The position numbers were made by a program, and so were the translations under genes. Of a stretch of 64,000 nucleotides of DNA, positions 19,290-28,142 are shown piece by piece (positions within the stretch are counted from its first letter, which is position 1; every line of letters starts with the position of its first letter). The stretch is from contig OZ245817.1 in assembly GCA_965228475.1 (NCBI GenBank), positions 1,280,001 through 1,344,000 on the forward strand. Reading direction: 5' to 3'. The notes below the pieces were generated by a model. The model searched no databases, had not been told where the DNA came from, and saw only the letters and a program-made list of their open reading frames with translations. Source of the stretch: Myxococcota bacterium. GTDB taxonomy: Bacteria; Myxococcota_A; UBA9160; JAFDDA01.

Positions 19290-20359
19290 GCGAGCACGGC
19301 CTCATCGAAGTCCTCGTGATCGACGACTCGGCGTTCAGCCGCCGCACGATCACGCGCATGCTCGAGACCTCGCCCCTGGTGCGGGTGGTGGGTTCGGCGC
19401 GCGACGGCGAGGAAGCGCTGCAGAAGGCCTTCAAGCTGAAGCCCGACCTCATCACCCTCGATCTCGAGATGCCGCGCATGGACGGCTTCACGTTCCTGCG
19501 GCTGGTGATGGCGAAGATGCCGACGCCGGTGATGGTGATCAGCGGACGCGCGGGTGAGGAGGAGGTCTTCAAGGCCCTCGAACTCGGCGCGGTCGACTTC
19601 ATCGCGAAGCCCACGCCGCGGCCGACCCCCGAACTCGAGACGATCCAGCAGGAGGTGATCCGCAAGGTTCACGCCATCCGCCAGCTCCGCATCGACAAGG
19701 TGAAGGAGCAGCTCGCCTCGCCCTACGAACTGACGCGCCCGCCGCTCGAGCCCGCGAAGCCCGCGCCGGTGCCGAAGGTCGTCGTGTTCGGTTCGTCGAC
19801 GGGAGGCCCCGCTGCGCTGATGAAGATCCTCGGGAGCTTCTCCGAACCTCCGCCCTTCGGGATCCTCGTGGCGCAGCACATGCCCCAGGGCTTCACCAAG
19901 GGCTTCGCCGAGCGCATCGACCGCCTCACCTGCTTCACGGCGCGTGAAGCGCGCGACGGGGACCGGCCCGAACCGGGCACGGTGCTCGTTGCACCCGGCG
20001 GCCAGCACCTCGAGATCGAGAACACCGGCGGGCGGATGCTGGCCCGGCTCGTGGAGCGCTCGCAGGGCGAGAAGTACGCCCCCTCGGTGGACCGGCTCTT
20101 CCGCTCGGCCGCCAAGGCCTACGGCCCGAAGCTCCAGGCGGTGGTGCTCACGGGCATGGGGAACGACGGGCGCGCCGGCGTCTGCGACGTGAAGCAGCAC
20201 GGCGGGACCATCGTCGCGGAATCGGAAGAAACGGCCGTGATTTTCGGCATGCCGCAGCAGGCCATCCAGACCGGATGCGTCGACGCGGTGCTGCCGTTGG
20301 GTTCGATCGGACGGGCGATCCAGACCGGGATCGCCGACGACGGGAAGGGGTCGCAATGA
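19286..20359 (+). CDS. cheB: Chemotaxis methylesterase (REC + esterase)
   Basis: REC (IDDS, TLDLEMP); catalytic motifs GSSTGG, QHMP, TGMGNDG; GTGA overlap with cheR. Confidence 0.96.
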   Translation: MSEHGLIEVLVIDDSAFSRRTITRMLETSPLVRVVGSARDGEEALQKAFKLKPDLITLDLEMPRMDGFTFLRLVMAKMPTPVMVISGRAGEEEVFKALELGAVDFIAKPTPRPTPELETIQQEVIRKVHAIRQLRIDKVKEQLASPYELTRPPLEPAKPAPVPKVVVFGSSTGGPAALMKILGSFSEPPPFGILVAQHMPQGFTKGFAERIDRLTCFTAREARDGDRPEPGTVLVAPGGQHLEIENTGGRMLARLVERSQGEKYAPSVDRLFRSAAKAYGPKLQAVVLTGMGNDGRAGVCDVKQHGGTIVAESEETAVIFGMPQQAIQTGCVDAVLPLGSIGRAIQTGIADDGKGSQ

Positions 20360-21171
20360 GCGACGAATCGAAGGTGTTCGGAAGGGCCGACGAGTTCCTC
20401 ACCCTGTTCAAGCAGGGTGCGGACTTCACGAAGGAACTTCTCGAGGAGAACGAGCGCCTGCGCCACCACCTCCTTTCGATCCAGGAGGGCGCCCGCGAGG
20501 CGGCCACGGATCCGACGGAGTGGGACAATCTGCGGGGGCAGCTGCTCTCGCAGATCGATCAGCTGAAGGCCGAGAAGGACACCGTCCTCGAGCGCCTGAA
20601 GCTCGTCGAGGCGGAGAACCGGCAGTTCGCCGAGCGGTATCTGGAGATCGAGGAGGAGAACAACAACCTCGCGAACCTCTACGTCGCGAGCTACCAGCTC
20701 CACTCGACGCTCGCCCTCGGCGAAGTGCTGAAGATCATCATCGAGATCGTGATCAACCTGATCGGCGCCGAGGTCTTCGCCGTCTACGTGCAGGACGAGA
20801 AGTCGGGCGCACTCGAGGCGGTCGCCTCCGAGGGCGTCGAGACCTCGACCTTCCCGAAGATCGCTCCGGGCGCCGGCGTGATCGGTGGCTCGGTGTCCTC
20901 GGGTGAGACGTTCTGCGGGGAGACCGGCACCTCGAACGATTGGGAGTCGCCCATCGCGTGCATCCCGCTGCGCGTCCAGGACCGGCCGATCGGTGCGATC
21001 GCCATCTACAGCCTGCTCGAGCAGAAGGAATCCTTCACGCCACTCGACCACGAGCTGTTCACGCTCCTGGCCGGCCACGCGGCGACGGCGATCTTCGCCG
21101 CGCAGCTGTACTCGCAGTCGGAACGCAAGCTCAACACCATCCAGGGCTTCATCGATCTGCTCACGAAGTGA
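20356..21171 (+). CDS. Coiled-coil + GAF domain protein
   Basis: N-terminal heptads; NLANLYVASYQLHSTL...ACIPLRVQDRPIGAIAI GAF-like; no output domain. Confidence 0.8.
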   Translation: MSDESKVFGRADEFLTLFKQGADFTKELLEENERLRHHLLSIQEGAREAATDPTEWDNLRGQLLSQIDQLKAEKDTVLERLKLVEAENRQFAERYLEIEEENNNLANLYVASYQLHSTLALGEVLKIIIEIVINLIGAEVFAVYVQDEKSGALEAVASEGVETSTFPKIAPGAGVIGGSVSSGETFCGETGTSNDWESPIACIPLRVQDRPIGAIAIYSLLEQKESFTPLDHELFTLLAGHAATAIFAAQLYSQSERKLNTIQGFIDLLTK

Positions 21172-21232
21172 AGCGCGGCCCGAGCGGGCCGCGAACGGGT
21201 GGCCCGGAAGGGTCGCTTAGGAGGACGAAACC

Positions 21233-21610
21233 ATGGCGCAGCACAGGATCCTGATCGTCGAGGACAGCCCGATGATGCGGCAGCTGCTCACCTTCGCATT
21301 GAAGCGTCTGAAGGACGTCGACATCGTCGAGGCCCAGGACGGCATGGACGGCCTGCGCAAGGTGACGAGCGACCACTTCGACCTGGCGCTGATCGACATC
21401 AACATGCCGGTCATGGACGGCCTCAAGCTGATCAGCCTGATCCGGGGCGAGGACAGCCTGAAGGAGATGCCGGTCTGCGTCATCACGACCGAAGGCGCCA
21501 AGGAAGACCGTGCCCGCGCGCTGACCCTCGGGGCCAACGAGTATCTGACGAAGCCGATCCAGGCGAACCAGGTGCTCTCCGTCGCGAAGTCGCTGCTGAA
21601 GCTCGAGTGA
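21233..21610 (+). CDS. cheY: Single-domain response regulator, CheY-like
   Basis: ILIVEDSP, LIDINMPVMDG, YLTKPI; AGGAGG RBS. Confidence 0.9.
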   Translation: MAQHRILIVEDSPMMRQLLTFALKRLKDVDIVEAQDGMDGLRKVTSDHFDLALIDINMPVMDGLKLISLIRGEDSLKEMPVCVITTEGAKEDRARALTLGANEYLTKPIQANQVLSVAKSLLKLE

Positions 21611-21656
21611 GCCGCCAGCGGGTCCCGCGGTGACCCAGCGGGCCATCCCGCGGTGA
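21607..21656 (+). repeat. Imperfect 23-bp tandem repeat encoding two GTGA-coupled 8-aa mini-ORFs
   Basis: GTG AGC CGC CAG CGG GTC CCG CGG TGA / GTG ACC CAG CGG GCC ATC CCG CGG TGA. Confidence 0.6.
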
Positions 21657-21689
21657 AAGAGGGCGGGGATTTTGGTATGACCTCGCCTC

Positions 21690-22223
21690 GTGAGACGCAC
21701 TTCGAATCGAACGCTCCTGGCCCTCCTCCTGGCCGTCCTCGTCGGGTCCGCGGGCTGTGGCTACTCGATGGTCCGCTACCAGGGCGCCTTCCCCGATGCG
21801 GAGACCCTGGCGATCGAGCCCCTGAGCAATGAGAGCTACGAGCCGGGCGTCGAAGCCGTCGTGCTCGAAGCCCTCCGGCGCGAGGCGCTCCAGCGCAGCG
21901 GCCTCCGCCTGATCGAAGATCCCGAAGCGGCGGACATCGTGATCTCCGGCGCCGTCTCGAGCCTGATCATCCAGCCCCGCAGTTTCTCCTCGGTGGTCCT
22001 GGCCCTCGAGTACGAGGTCTTCCTCCAGATCCAGCTCGCCGCCCGCAACGGCGATGGCGAGCCGCTCGTCCTGGACGGGCGGGCGCAGTACGAGCGCGAC
22101 TTCTACACCTCGAGCCCCGACATCGAGGCCACCCGCAAGAACCGGCGCGAAACCATCCATCGCATGGCGAGCGTCCTGGCCGACCGCGTGTACGACTCGC
22201 TCTACGAGTCCGCCACGCCTTGA
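21690..22223 (+). CDS. lptE: LPS assembly lipoprotein LptE
   Basis: Lipoprotein signal ending SAG-CGY; upstream of holA as in the usual leuS-lptE-holA order. Confidence 0.8.
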   Translation: MRRTSNRTLLALLLAVLVGSAGCGYSMVRYQGAFPDAETLAIEPLSNESYEPGVEAVVLEALRREALQRSGLRLIEDPEAADIVISGAVSSLIIQPRSFSSVVLALEYEVFLQIQLAARNGDGEPLVLDGRAQYERDFYTSSPDIEATRKNRRETIHRMASVLADRVYDSLYESATP

Positions 22224-22269
22224 CCGCGGAGGACGCCACCCCGTGAACCCGGAAGGCGCCAGGCCGTGA
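22220..22269 (+). other. Two NTGA-coupled 8-aa mini-ORFs bridging lptE and holA
   Basis: 22220-22246 (M)TAEDATP and 22243-22269 (M)NPEGARP; GGAGG and GGAAGG inside. Confidence 0.5.
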
Positions 22270-23243
22270 CCCCCGAAGAGCTTCGCGAGGAGCTCGAGGG
22301 CGGGCAGGTTCGCCCCGCGTACCTCCTGGCCGGCGAAGAGGCGCTCCTGCGCGATGACGCCCTCGCGGCCCTGCGGCGCATCGTCCTGGCCGAAGGCGCC
22401 GCCGACTTCAACTGGGACCTCCTGCCCGCTTCTTCCACGACGCCCGCCCAGCTCCGCGACGCCCTCGCGATGCTCCCGGTGATGGCGCCCCGGCGCCTGG
22501 TCTGTCTCCAGGGCATCGAGGAACGCCGCGCCGGATCGCGCGAGCTCGTGGAGGCCCTCGCCGAGCTGGTGCCGGACCTCTCGCCCGAGGCCAGCGTCGT
22601 GCTCGTGGTGACGGCCGCGAAGGCGGATCGCCGGGGGCGCTGGGCCAAGGCCTTCGCCTCGGCCGGTGGCGTCGTCGAGTGCGAAGCCCCGAAGAACCGC
22701 CGATCGCTCCAGTCCTTCGTGAAGGCGGAGGCGAAACGTCAGGGCGTGAAATTCGAGGCCGGTGCCGCGGAGGCGCTGGCCGAACGCATCGGGCCCGAGC
22801 TGTTGATGCTGCGCCAGGAGATCGCCAAGGTCGCGCTGCTGGCCGGCCCGGACACGCCGGTCGGCCGCGCCCACGTGGCGACGGCGACGAGCGACGTGGC
22901 CGAGGAGCCGATCTGGGAACTGACGGACGCCATCGGAGAGGGCAGGGGGGCGGCGGCCCTCGGCGTGCTCGGCAAGCTTCTCGGCGGAGGTGCGGCGCCG
23001 CCGGCCCTGCTCGGTTCGCTCGCGAACCACTTCCGCAAGCTCCTGCGGGTGCGCAGCGGGCAGCAGCCCCTCGGGCCGCCGTTCGTCGTGAAGAAGCTCC
23101 AGCGGCAGGCCGGCCGCTACACGCCGGCGCGGCTGCGCCGCTGCATCGACGCCATCCACGAGGTGGACCTCACCCTGAAGGGCCGCGGCGGGATCTCTCC
23201 CGGCCTGGCCCTCGAACGTCTGGTGATGGGTCTGTCTGCCTGA
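22266..23243 (+). CDS. holA: DNA polymerase III delta subunit
   Basis: PAYLLAGEE, LPVMAPRRLV, EIAKVAL, IWELTDAI, DLTLKG; lptE-holA-rpsT context. Confidence 0.9.
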   Translation: MTPEELREELEGGQVRPAYLLAGEEALLRDDALAALRRIVLAEGAADFNWDLLPASSTTPAQLRDALAMLPVMAPRRLVCLQGIEERRAGSRELVEALAELVPDLSPEASVVLVVTAAKADRRGRWAKAFASAGGVVECEAPKNRRSLQSFVKAEAKRQGVKFEAGAAEALAERIGPELLMLRQEIAKVALLAGPDTPVGRAHVATATSDVAEEPIWELTDAIGEGRGAAALGVLGKLLGGGAAPPALLGSLANHFRKLLRVRSGQQPLGPPFVVKKLQRQAGRYTPARLRRCIDAIHEVDLTLKGRGGISPGLALERLVMGLSA

Positions 23244-23273
23244 GACGCCTCGATCGGGGGACCGATCGGGCTC

Positions 23274-23304
23274 CGCTCGCATCGGGGGAAACCCCGATGG
23301 AGCG
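23274..23304. terminator. GC-rich hairpin between convergent holA and rpsT
   Basis: CATCGGGG-GAAA-CCCCGATG (23280-23299), extendable by CGCTC/GAGCG; no long U tract. Confidence 0.6.
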
Positions 23305-23315
23305 AAGAAGAGGCA

Positions 23316-23567
23316 CTACTGGGTGCGGCTGGCGAGGCGCGAGACGAGCCGGCTGGCGCGCTTGGCCGGGATCACGCCCTTGCTGGCGGCCCGGCGAAGC
23401 TGGCTCTCGGCGAGGCGCGTGAGCGCCGCGGCATCGTCGGCACCGGAATCCACGGCTTCCTGGGCCCGCTTGAGGGTCGCCCGGACACGGGTCTTCACGG
23501 CGCGGTTCCGCGCTCGGCGGACTTCGTTCTGGCGGGCACGCTTGACCGCCGATTTGTGGTTCGCCAC
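23316..23567 (-). CDS. rpsT: 30S ribosomal protein S20
   Basis: MANHKSAVKRARQNEVRRARN...AASKGVI...ASRLVSRLA; AAGGAG RBS. Confidence 0.96.
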   Translation of the reverse strand: MANHKSAVKRARQNEVRRARNRAVKTRVRATLKRAQEAVDSGADDAAALTRLAESQLRRAASKGVIPAKRASRLVSRLASRTQ

Positions 23568-23721
23568 GGAGGCTCCTTCGAGGACGGCGGCCCTGGGGCC
23601 GCTGGGCGGCGAAACATAGCGGGCCGGCAGGAAAAATCGACCCGCGGGGCCGGGCCCGCAGGGCCCCTCCTGGAGCTCCGGGCCGAGGCCCCCGGGGATG
23701 CCCCCAAGGCCGCCTCCGGCC

Positions 23722-23748
23722 TCCAGCCGAGCGCCTCGGAAGCCGATA
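23722..23748 (+). promoter_or_regulatory. Possible sigma28 promoter
   Basis: TCCAG(23722-26)-N15-GCCGATA(23742-48). Confidence 0.45.
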
Positions 23749-23780
23749 CGACAGGGGATTTCGTTTGTTCCGGAGGGGGC

Positions 23781-25661
23781 TTGGCGATCTCATTGCAGCG
23801 CTTTGCAGCCGCCGCGGCCTCGGCCGCGGCCCGGGTCGCGCGCGGGACCGTGTTCCTGTCGTTCGCGGCGTGCGTGCTCGTGGCGGTCACCGCGGCGAAC
23901 GCCGAGGCCCCGGACGAAGCCGCGCCCGAAGCGGGCGCCGCACCGCAGGAAGCGGCCGCGGGCCTCGCCCCGGGCGATGCAGGCCGCCCGCCCGTCACGC
24001 GCCTGAGCGACGCGTTCCGCGCCGCGTCGCCGGAGGAAGGGCTCGACGTGCGCGTCGAACGCGTTCGCCGGGAGGCCTCGGCCATGGGCATGCGAAGCGC
24101 GGAGCCCGCCGCGCGGGGTCTGCTCCTGGCGACGGATCTCGGCAGCGAGGCCGAGCGCGCCCGTGCCGCGACGCGCCTCGCGCCCGGGCTGCCGGCCGCC
24201 TGGGGCGCACTCGCTCGCAGCTCCGGCTCGGTCACCGGCCTCGGTCACCTCGCGCGCGGCGTCTTCGAACTCGAACGCAACCTGGTGGCCTCGCTCTGGT
24301 GGCGTGCGACGGCGACCCGCGTCGTCGCCTGGGCACTCGTCGGCGGGGGGATTCTGTTTCTCCTGCTCTGCGCGGTACGCGCCACGTCGCGCGCCCGTCA
24401 CGATCTCTCCCACCGTTTCGGGGGCCTCGGTCCGGGGCTCGCACAGGCCCTCGTCGCCGCCCTGCTCGTCGCGATCCTGATGCCGGCCTGGACGGGGGAA
24501 GGCCTAGCGGGTCTGGCCGTCGGTGCCTTTGCGTGGGCGTTCCTGTGGGCGCCGGGACGCGAACGGGTGCCCCTGCTCGCGGCGATCGCCGGCGTCGGGC
24601 TGGCCATCTATCCGCTGACCGCGGAGACCGGGCGTTGGATCGCGGCGCTCCATGCGGATCCGGACACGCTCTCGGTACGCAGCGCCCACGTCGGCGATCT
24701 CTCGACGGCGGAGCGCGAACGGCTCGCCGCGCGCGCGCCGAACGACCCGGCCGCGGCCTACGCACTCGCGCAGTGGAGCCGCCGGAGCGGGGACCTCGAC
24801 GGCGCCGAGCGCTGGCTCGCCGCGATCGGGGAGCCGGCCTCCGAGAGTTCGGTGGTCCTGAACCAGGTGGCGAACCTCCGCCTGGCACGGGGCGACGGCG
24901 AGGGTGCGATCGCTTCCTACCGCGATGCCTACGCCGCGCGCCGCCGCGCGGAGATCCAGTTCAACCTGGCCCAGGTCCACGGGAGCCGCATCGAACTCGC
25001 CGAACAGCAGGCCGCGCTCGAAGCCGCGCACTCGATCTCCGGCTCGACGGTGCGGGAGCTGGCGGAGCTTCGTGGCGACGGCCGCCTGGCCGTCGACCTG
25101 GCCTGGCCGGTCTCGGACCTCCGCCGACGCCTCGGCGCGGCGGCCGAGGGTGGGCCCGTCGCGGCCGCGTTGCGCGACCCCTTCGGTAGGGGCCGCCTGA
25201 CGGGGTCGACGGACCCCGCCCTCGCGGCCTTCGGCGCCGTCGCCGTGCTCGGCCTGGCGCTGGGACGGGGGCGTCGGGCCGGCCAGCCGTGCGGCGCCTG
25301 CGGAGAGCGCCGCTGCGAAGACTGCGACCTCGGGGCGGGGGATGCCGACGAGCGCCGCTGTTCCCTTTGTGGCGGGCCGTGGGCGAACGCCCCGCTGCGC
25401 GCCCTGCGGAGCCTGACCGCGCGCTTCGCGGATCGTTGCGTTCCCGGTGCGGCCGGTCTGTCGGCCGGCCGTCCCTGGCTCGCCCTGGTCTCGTGCCTCA
25501 CCGCCTCCTTCGCGGCGGCGGCCATCGCCCTGCGCAACGGCGTCGTCGCGGACCCCTTCGCCGTCGGACTCGTCGGCCCCTTCGCCTTCGCGAGCCTCGC
25601 CACCCTGGCCCTCTTCGTCTACGCGGGGACGACCTTCGCCGCACGGAGGGCCCGCGCATGA
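23781..25661 (+). CDS. Membrane protein with TPR-like region and Cys-rich putative zinc-binding segment
   Basis: TTG start after GGAGG; several hydrophobic helices; VLNQVANL...AIASY...QFNLAQV TPR-like; CGAC..CEDC..CSLC. Confidence 0.65.
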   Translation: MAISLQRFAAAAASAAARVARGTVFLSFAACVLVAVTAANAEAPDEAAPEAGAAPQEAAAGLAPGDAGRPPVTRLSDAFRAASPEEGLDVRVERVRREASAMGMRSAEPAARGLLLATDLGSEAERARAATRLAPGLPAAWGALARSSGSVTGLGHLARGVFELERNLVASLWWRATATRVVAWALVGGGILFLLLCAVRATSRARHDLSHRFGGLGPGLAQALVAALLVAILMPAWTGEGLAGLAVGAFAWAFLWAPGRERVPLLAAIAGVGLAIYPLTAETGRWIAALHADPDTLSVRSAHVGDLSTAERERLAARAPNDPAAAYALAQWSRRSGDLDGAERWLAAIGEPASESSVVLNQVANLRLARGDGEGAIASYRDAYAARRRAEIQFNLAQVHGSRIELAEQQAALEAAHSISGSTVRELAELRGDGRLAVDLAWPVSDLRRRLGAAAEGGPVAAALRDPFGRGRLTGSTDPALAAFGAVAVLGLALGRGRRAGQPCGACGERRCEDCDLGAGDADERRCSLCGGPWANAPLRALRSLTARFADRCVPGAAGLSAGRPWLALVSCLTASFAAAAIALRNGVVADPFAVGLVGPFAFASLATLALFVYAGTTFAARRARA

Positions 25662-26599
25662 GCCTTCTGCTCGAAGGGACGCTCGAAGACATCCGCCTCG
25701 CGGACCTGCTGCGGCTGATCGCGCGCGAACAGCGGACCGGCGCGCTGCGGGTGACGATCGACGGCGTCTCGCACCGGCTCGTCCTCTCGGAGGGCCGGCT
25801 CGTCGCCGCCCTCGTCGGCGAAGAGGCCGAACCGGCGCCGCTCGAGGAGACGGTCCTCGCGCTGGTCCGATTCCGCCGCGGCTCCTTCCAGCTCCTGCCC
25901 TCGGACGACACCCAGCCGCCCGCCGACGGCGTCGACGGGATCCATGCCGAGGCCCTCGCGGGCAAGGCGGACATGGCGCTGATCGAGCTCGAAGAGCGGC
26001 TCGATGCGATCGGCAGCGAAGCGGGCACGCCCACGCGCGACGCCTTCCCGACGCCGCGCCAGATGGAAGAACTCGACCCGGCCACGCGCACGGTCTACGG
26101 CCTGATCGACGGCGAGCGCGATCTGGCCGAGGTCATCCTGCGCAGCCGGCTCGATCCGACCCAGGTGCTCGATGCCCTGGACGGGCTCGCCGGGGACGAC
26201 CTCGTGAAGCTCGACACGCCCGTCGAAGCTTCGGAGAGCCCGCCGACGCCGCCGCGCGCGCGCCGTCGGCTGCCGCTCGAGGGGCTCTCGGCGGCGCTGC
26301 CCCTGGCCGCTCTTCTCGCGGGCCTCGGTTTCGTCTCCGCCCAGCCGGACCCGCCGGCGCCGGCGCCCTTCGACGTCCAGGAGGATCCCCTGGCCGCGGC
26401 CCGCGCGGCCTTCGGGGTCGAACGCCTGCGCGCCGCGGTGGAAGCGCACCGCTTCGTCGAGGGGGCCTGGCCGGCCCGTCTCGAGGAGCTGGCCGAGCGT
26501 GGCTACGTCGCCCGGGAGGCGTTGGCGGACGCCCAGGGGCGCCCTTATTATTACTCCGCGCGCGAAGACGGTTTCGTCCTGCTCGCACCGGAGCGCTAG
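25658..26599 (+). CDS. DUF4388 domain membrane protein with pseudopilin(GspG)-like C-terminus
   Basis: LEGTLEDIRLADLLRLIAREQRTGAL; one TM; VEAHRFVEGAWPARLEEL...DAQGRPYYY. Confidence 0.65.
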   Translation: MSLLLEGTLEDIRLADLLRLIAREQRTGALRVTIDGVSHRLVLSEGRLVAALVGEEAEPAPLEETVLALVRFRRGSFQLLPSDDTQPPADGVDGIHAEALAGKADMALIELEERLDAIGSEAGTPTRDAFPTPRQMEELDPATRTVYGLIDGERDLAEVILRSRLDPTQVLDALDGLAGDDLVKLDTPVEASESPPTPPRARRRLPLEGLSAALPLAALLAGLGFVSAQPDPPAPAPFDVQEDPLAAARAAFGVERLRAAVEAHRFVEGAWPARLEELAERGYVAREALADAQGRPYYYSAREDGFVLLAPER

Positions 26600-26659
26600 G
26601 CGCTCTCGTCCCGGAGCGCCGACGCTCCCGTTGCTTCCGATCCCATTCGAGGGCTCCAC

Positions 26660-27679
26660 ATCCCGCGGCAAGACGCACAGACGCGCGAGACCCTGATCTT
26701 CGACGACAACCCGACGGCGGCCACGCTGTATGGCGACGGCGATCGCACCCTTCGCATCCTCGAAGACGAACTCGGCGTGGATGCCCACGCGCGGGGCAAC
26801 GAAGTCCGGCTCGTCGGAACGCCCGAGGGCGTGGCGACCGCTCGCAAGGTGCTCGAGGAACTCTACGCCCAGGTGCGACAGGGGCGCAGCCTCGACGGGC
26901 GCGACGTCCAGGACGCCGTTCGGATGGTGAACGAGAGCCCGGACGTGAACCTCGACAAGGTCTACGAGAACGTGCTCTCGGCGGTCGGCTCACGCCACCG
27001 GATCGGGGCGAAGAACCTCTCCCAGCGCCGCTACATCGAGCTGATGCAGCAGCACGACCTCGTCTTCTCCGTGGGGCCGGCGGGCACGGGCAAGACCTAC
27101 CTCGCCATGGCGATGGCGGTCGCGGCCCTGAACCGCCACGAGGTCTCGCGCGTCGTGCTGACCCGCCCGGCGGTCGAAGCGGGGGAGCGGCTCGGCTTCC
27201 TGCCCGGCACGATGGCCGAGAAGGTGAACCCGTACCTGCGCCCGCTCTACGACGCGCTCCACGACATGATGGATTTCGAGAAGGCGGCCCGACTCGTCGA
27301 GCGCGGCGTGATCGAGGTGGCGCCGCTCGCCTTCATGCGCGGCCGCACCCTGAACGATGCCTTCGTCATCCTCGACGAGGCACAGAACACGACGCGCGAG
27401 CAGATGAAGATGTTCCTGACGCGGCTCGGCTTCAGCTCGCGCGCCATCGTCACCGGCGACATCACCCAGATCGATCTGCCCACGCCGCGCGACAGCGGAC
27501 TCGTCGAGGCGCTGCGGATCCTCGACCGCGTCGACGCCATCGGCTTCATGGAGTTCAGCAAGAACGACGTCGTCCGGCACCCGCTCGTGCAGACGATCAT
27601 CGACGCCTACGAGCGCTTCGCGGACCGCAACCCGAATGGCGGCTCCCCGAAAGAGAAGCCGGGCTCGAACGGCCGATGA
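26660..27679 (+). CDS. phoH: PhoH-like ATPase (start probably non-canonical ATC at 26660; first GTG at 26777)
   Basis: GPAGTGKTYLA, LTRPAVEAGERLGFLPG, FMRGRTL, ILDEAQN, DVVRHPLV. Confidence 0.92.
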   Translation: MPRQDAQTRETLIFDDNPTAATLYGDGDRTLRILEDELGVDAHARGNEVRLVGTPEGVATARKVLEELYAQVRQGRSLDGRDVQDAVRMVNESPDVNLDKVYENVLSAVGSRHRIGAKNLSQRRYIELMQQHDLVFSVGPAGTGKTYLAMAMAVAALNRHEVSRVVLTRPAVEAGERLGFLPGTMAEKVNPYLRPLYDALHDMMDFEKAARLVERGVIEVAPLAFMRGRTLNDAFVILDEAQNTTREQMKMFLTRLGFSSRAIVTGDITQIDLPTPRDSGLVEALRILDRVDAIGFMEFSKNDVVRHPLVQTIIDAYERFADRNPNGGSPKEKPGSNGR

Positions 27680-27702
27680 GTCCGGGCACCGCCGGCCGAT
27701 GA
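27676..27702 (+). other. ATGA-coupled 8-aa mini-ORF bridging phoH and ybeY
   Basis: MSPGTAGR; CGGCCGATGA repeated at 27670 and 27693. Confidence 0.5.
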
Positions 27703-28142
27703 CCGTTCGCCTGGCCGGGCCCCCCGAGGCCCCGGGCCTCCCCCGAGCCGATACGAAGCTCCTGCTCGAACGCGCCCGGAAGGTGCTGGCGGCCCTGGGC
27801 CACGCGCGCTCCGAGCTCTCCCTGACCCTGACCGACGACGACGGCATCGCCGAGCTGAACGCCCAGTACCGCGGCAAGCCCCGGCCGACGGACGTGCTCT
27901 CGTTCTCGCTCTTCGAGGGCGACCACGCCGACCACCGCGGCAAGCTCCTCGGCGACGTGGTGATCGGCGTCGAGCAGGCGGCGCGCCAGGCCCGGGCCGC
28001 CCACCGGGGCCTCGACCGGGAGCTCGCGGTCCTGACGATCCACGGCGTCCTGCACCTGCTCGGCCACGACCACGAAGAAGACGACGAAGCGCGCCGCATG
28101 CAGGCCGAGGAGCGCCGCCTGCGCCGGGAGCTCGGGCTTTGA
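27699..28142 (+). CDS. ybeY: rRNA maturation endoribonuclease YbeY
   Basis: LNAQYRGKPRPTDVLSF, LGDVVI, IHGVLHLLGHDH. Confidence 0.95.
   Translation: MTVRLAGPPEAPGLPRADTKLLLERARKVLAALGHARSELSLTLTDDDGIAELNAQYRGKPRPTDVLSFSLFEGDHADHRGKLLGDVVIGVEQAARQARAAHRGLDRELAVLTIHGVLHLLGHDHEEDDEARRMQAEERRLRRELGL

Noticed and set aside
21168..21254. GTG overlapping the GAF gene stop as a relay to cheY
   Set aside because: It ends inside cheY rather than at its start, and cheY has its own AGGAGG.
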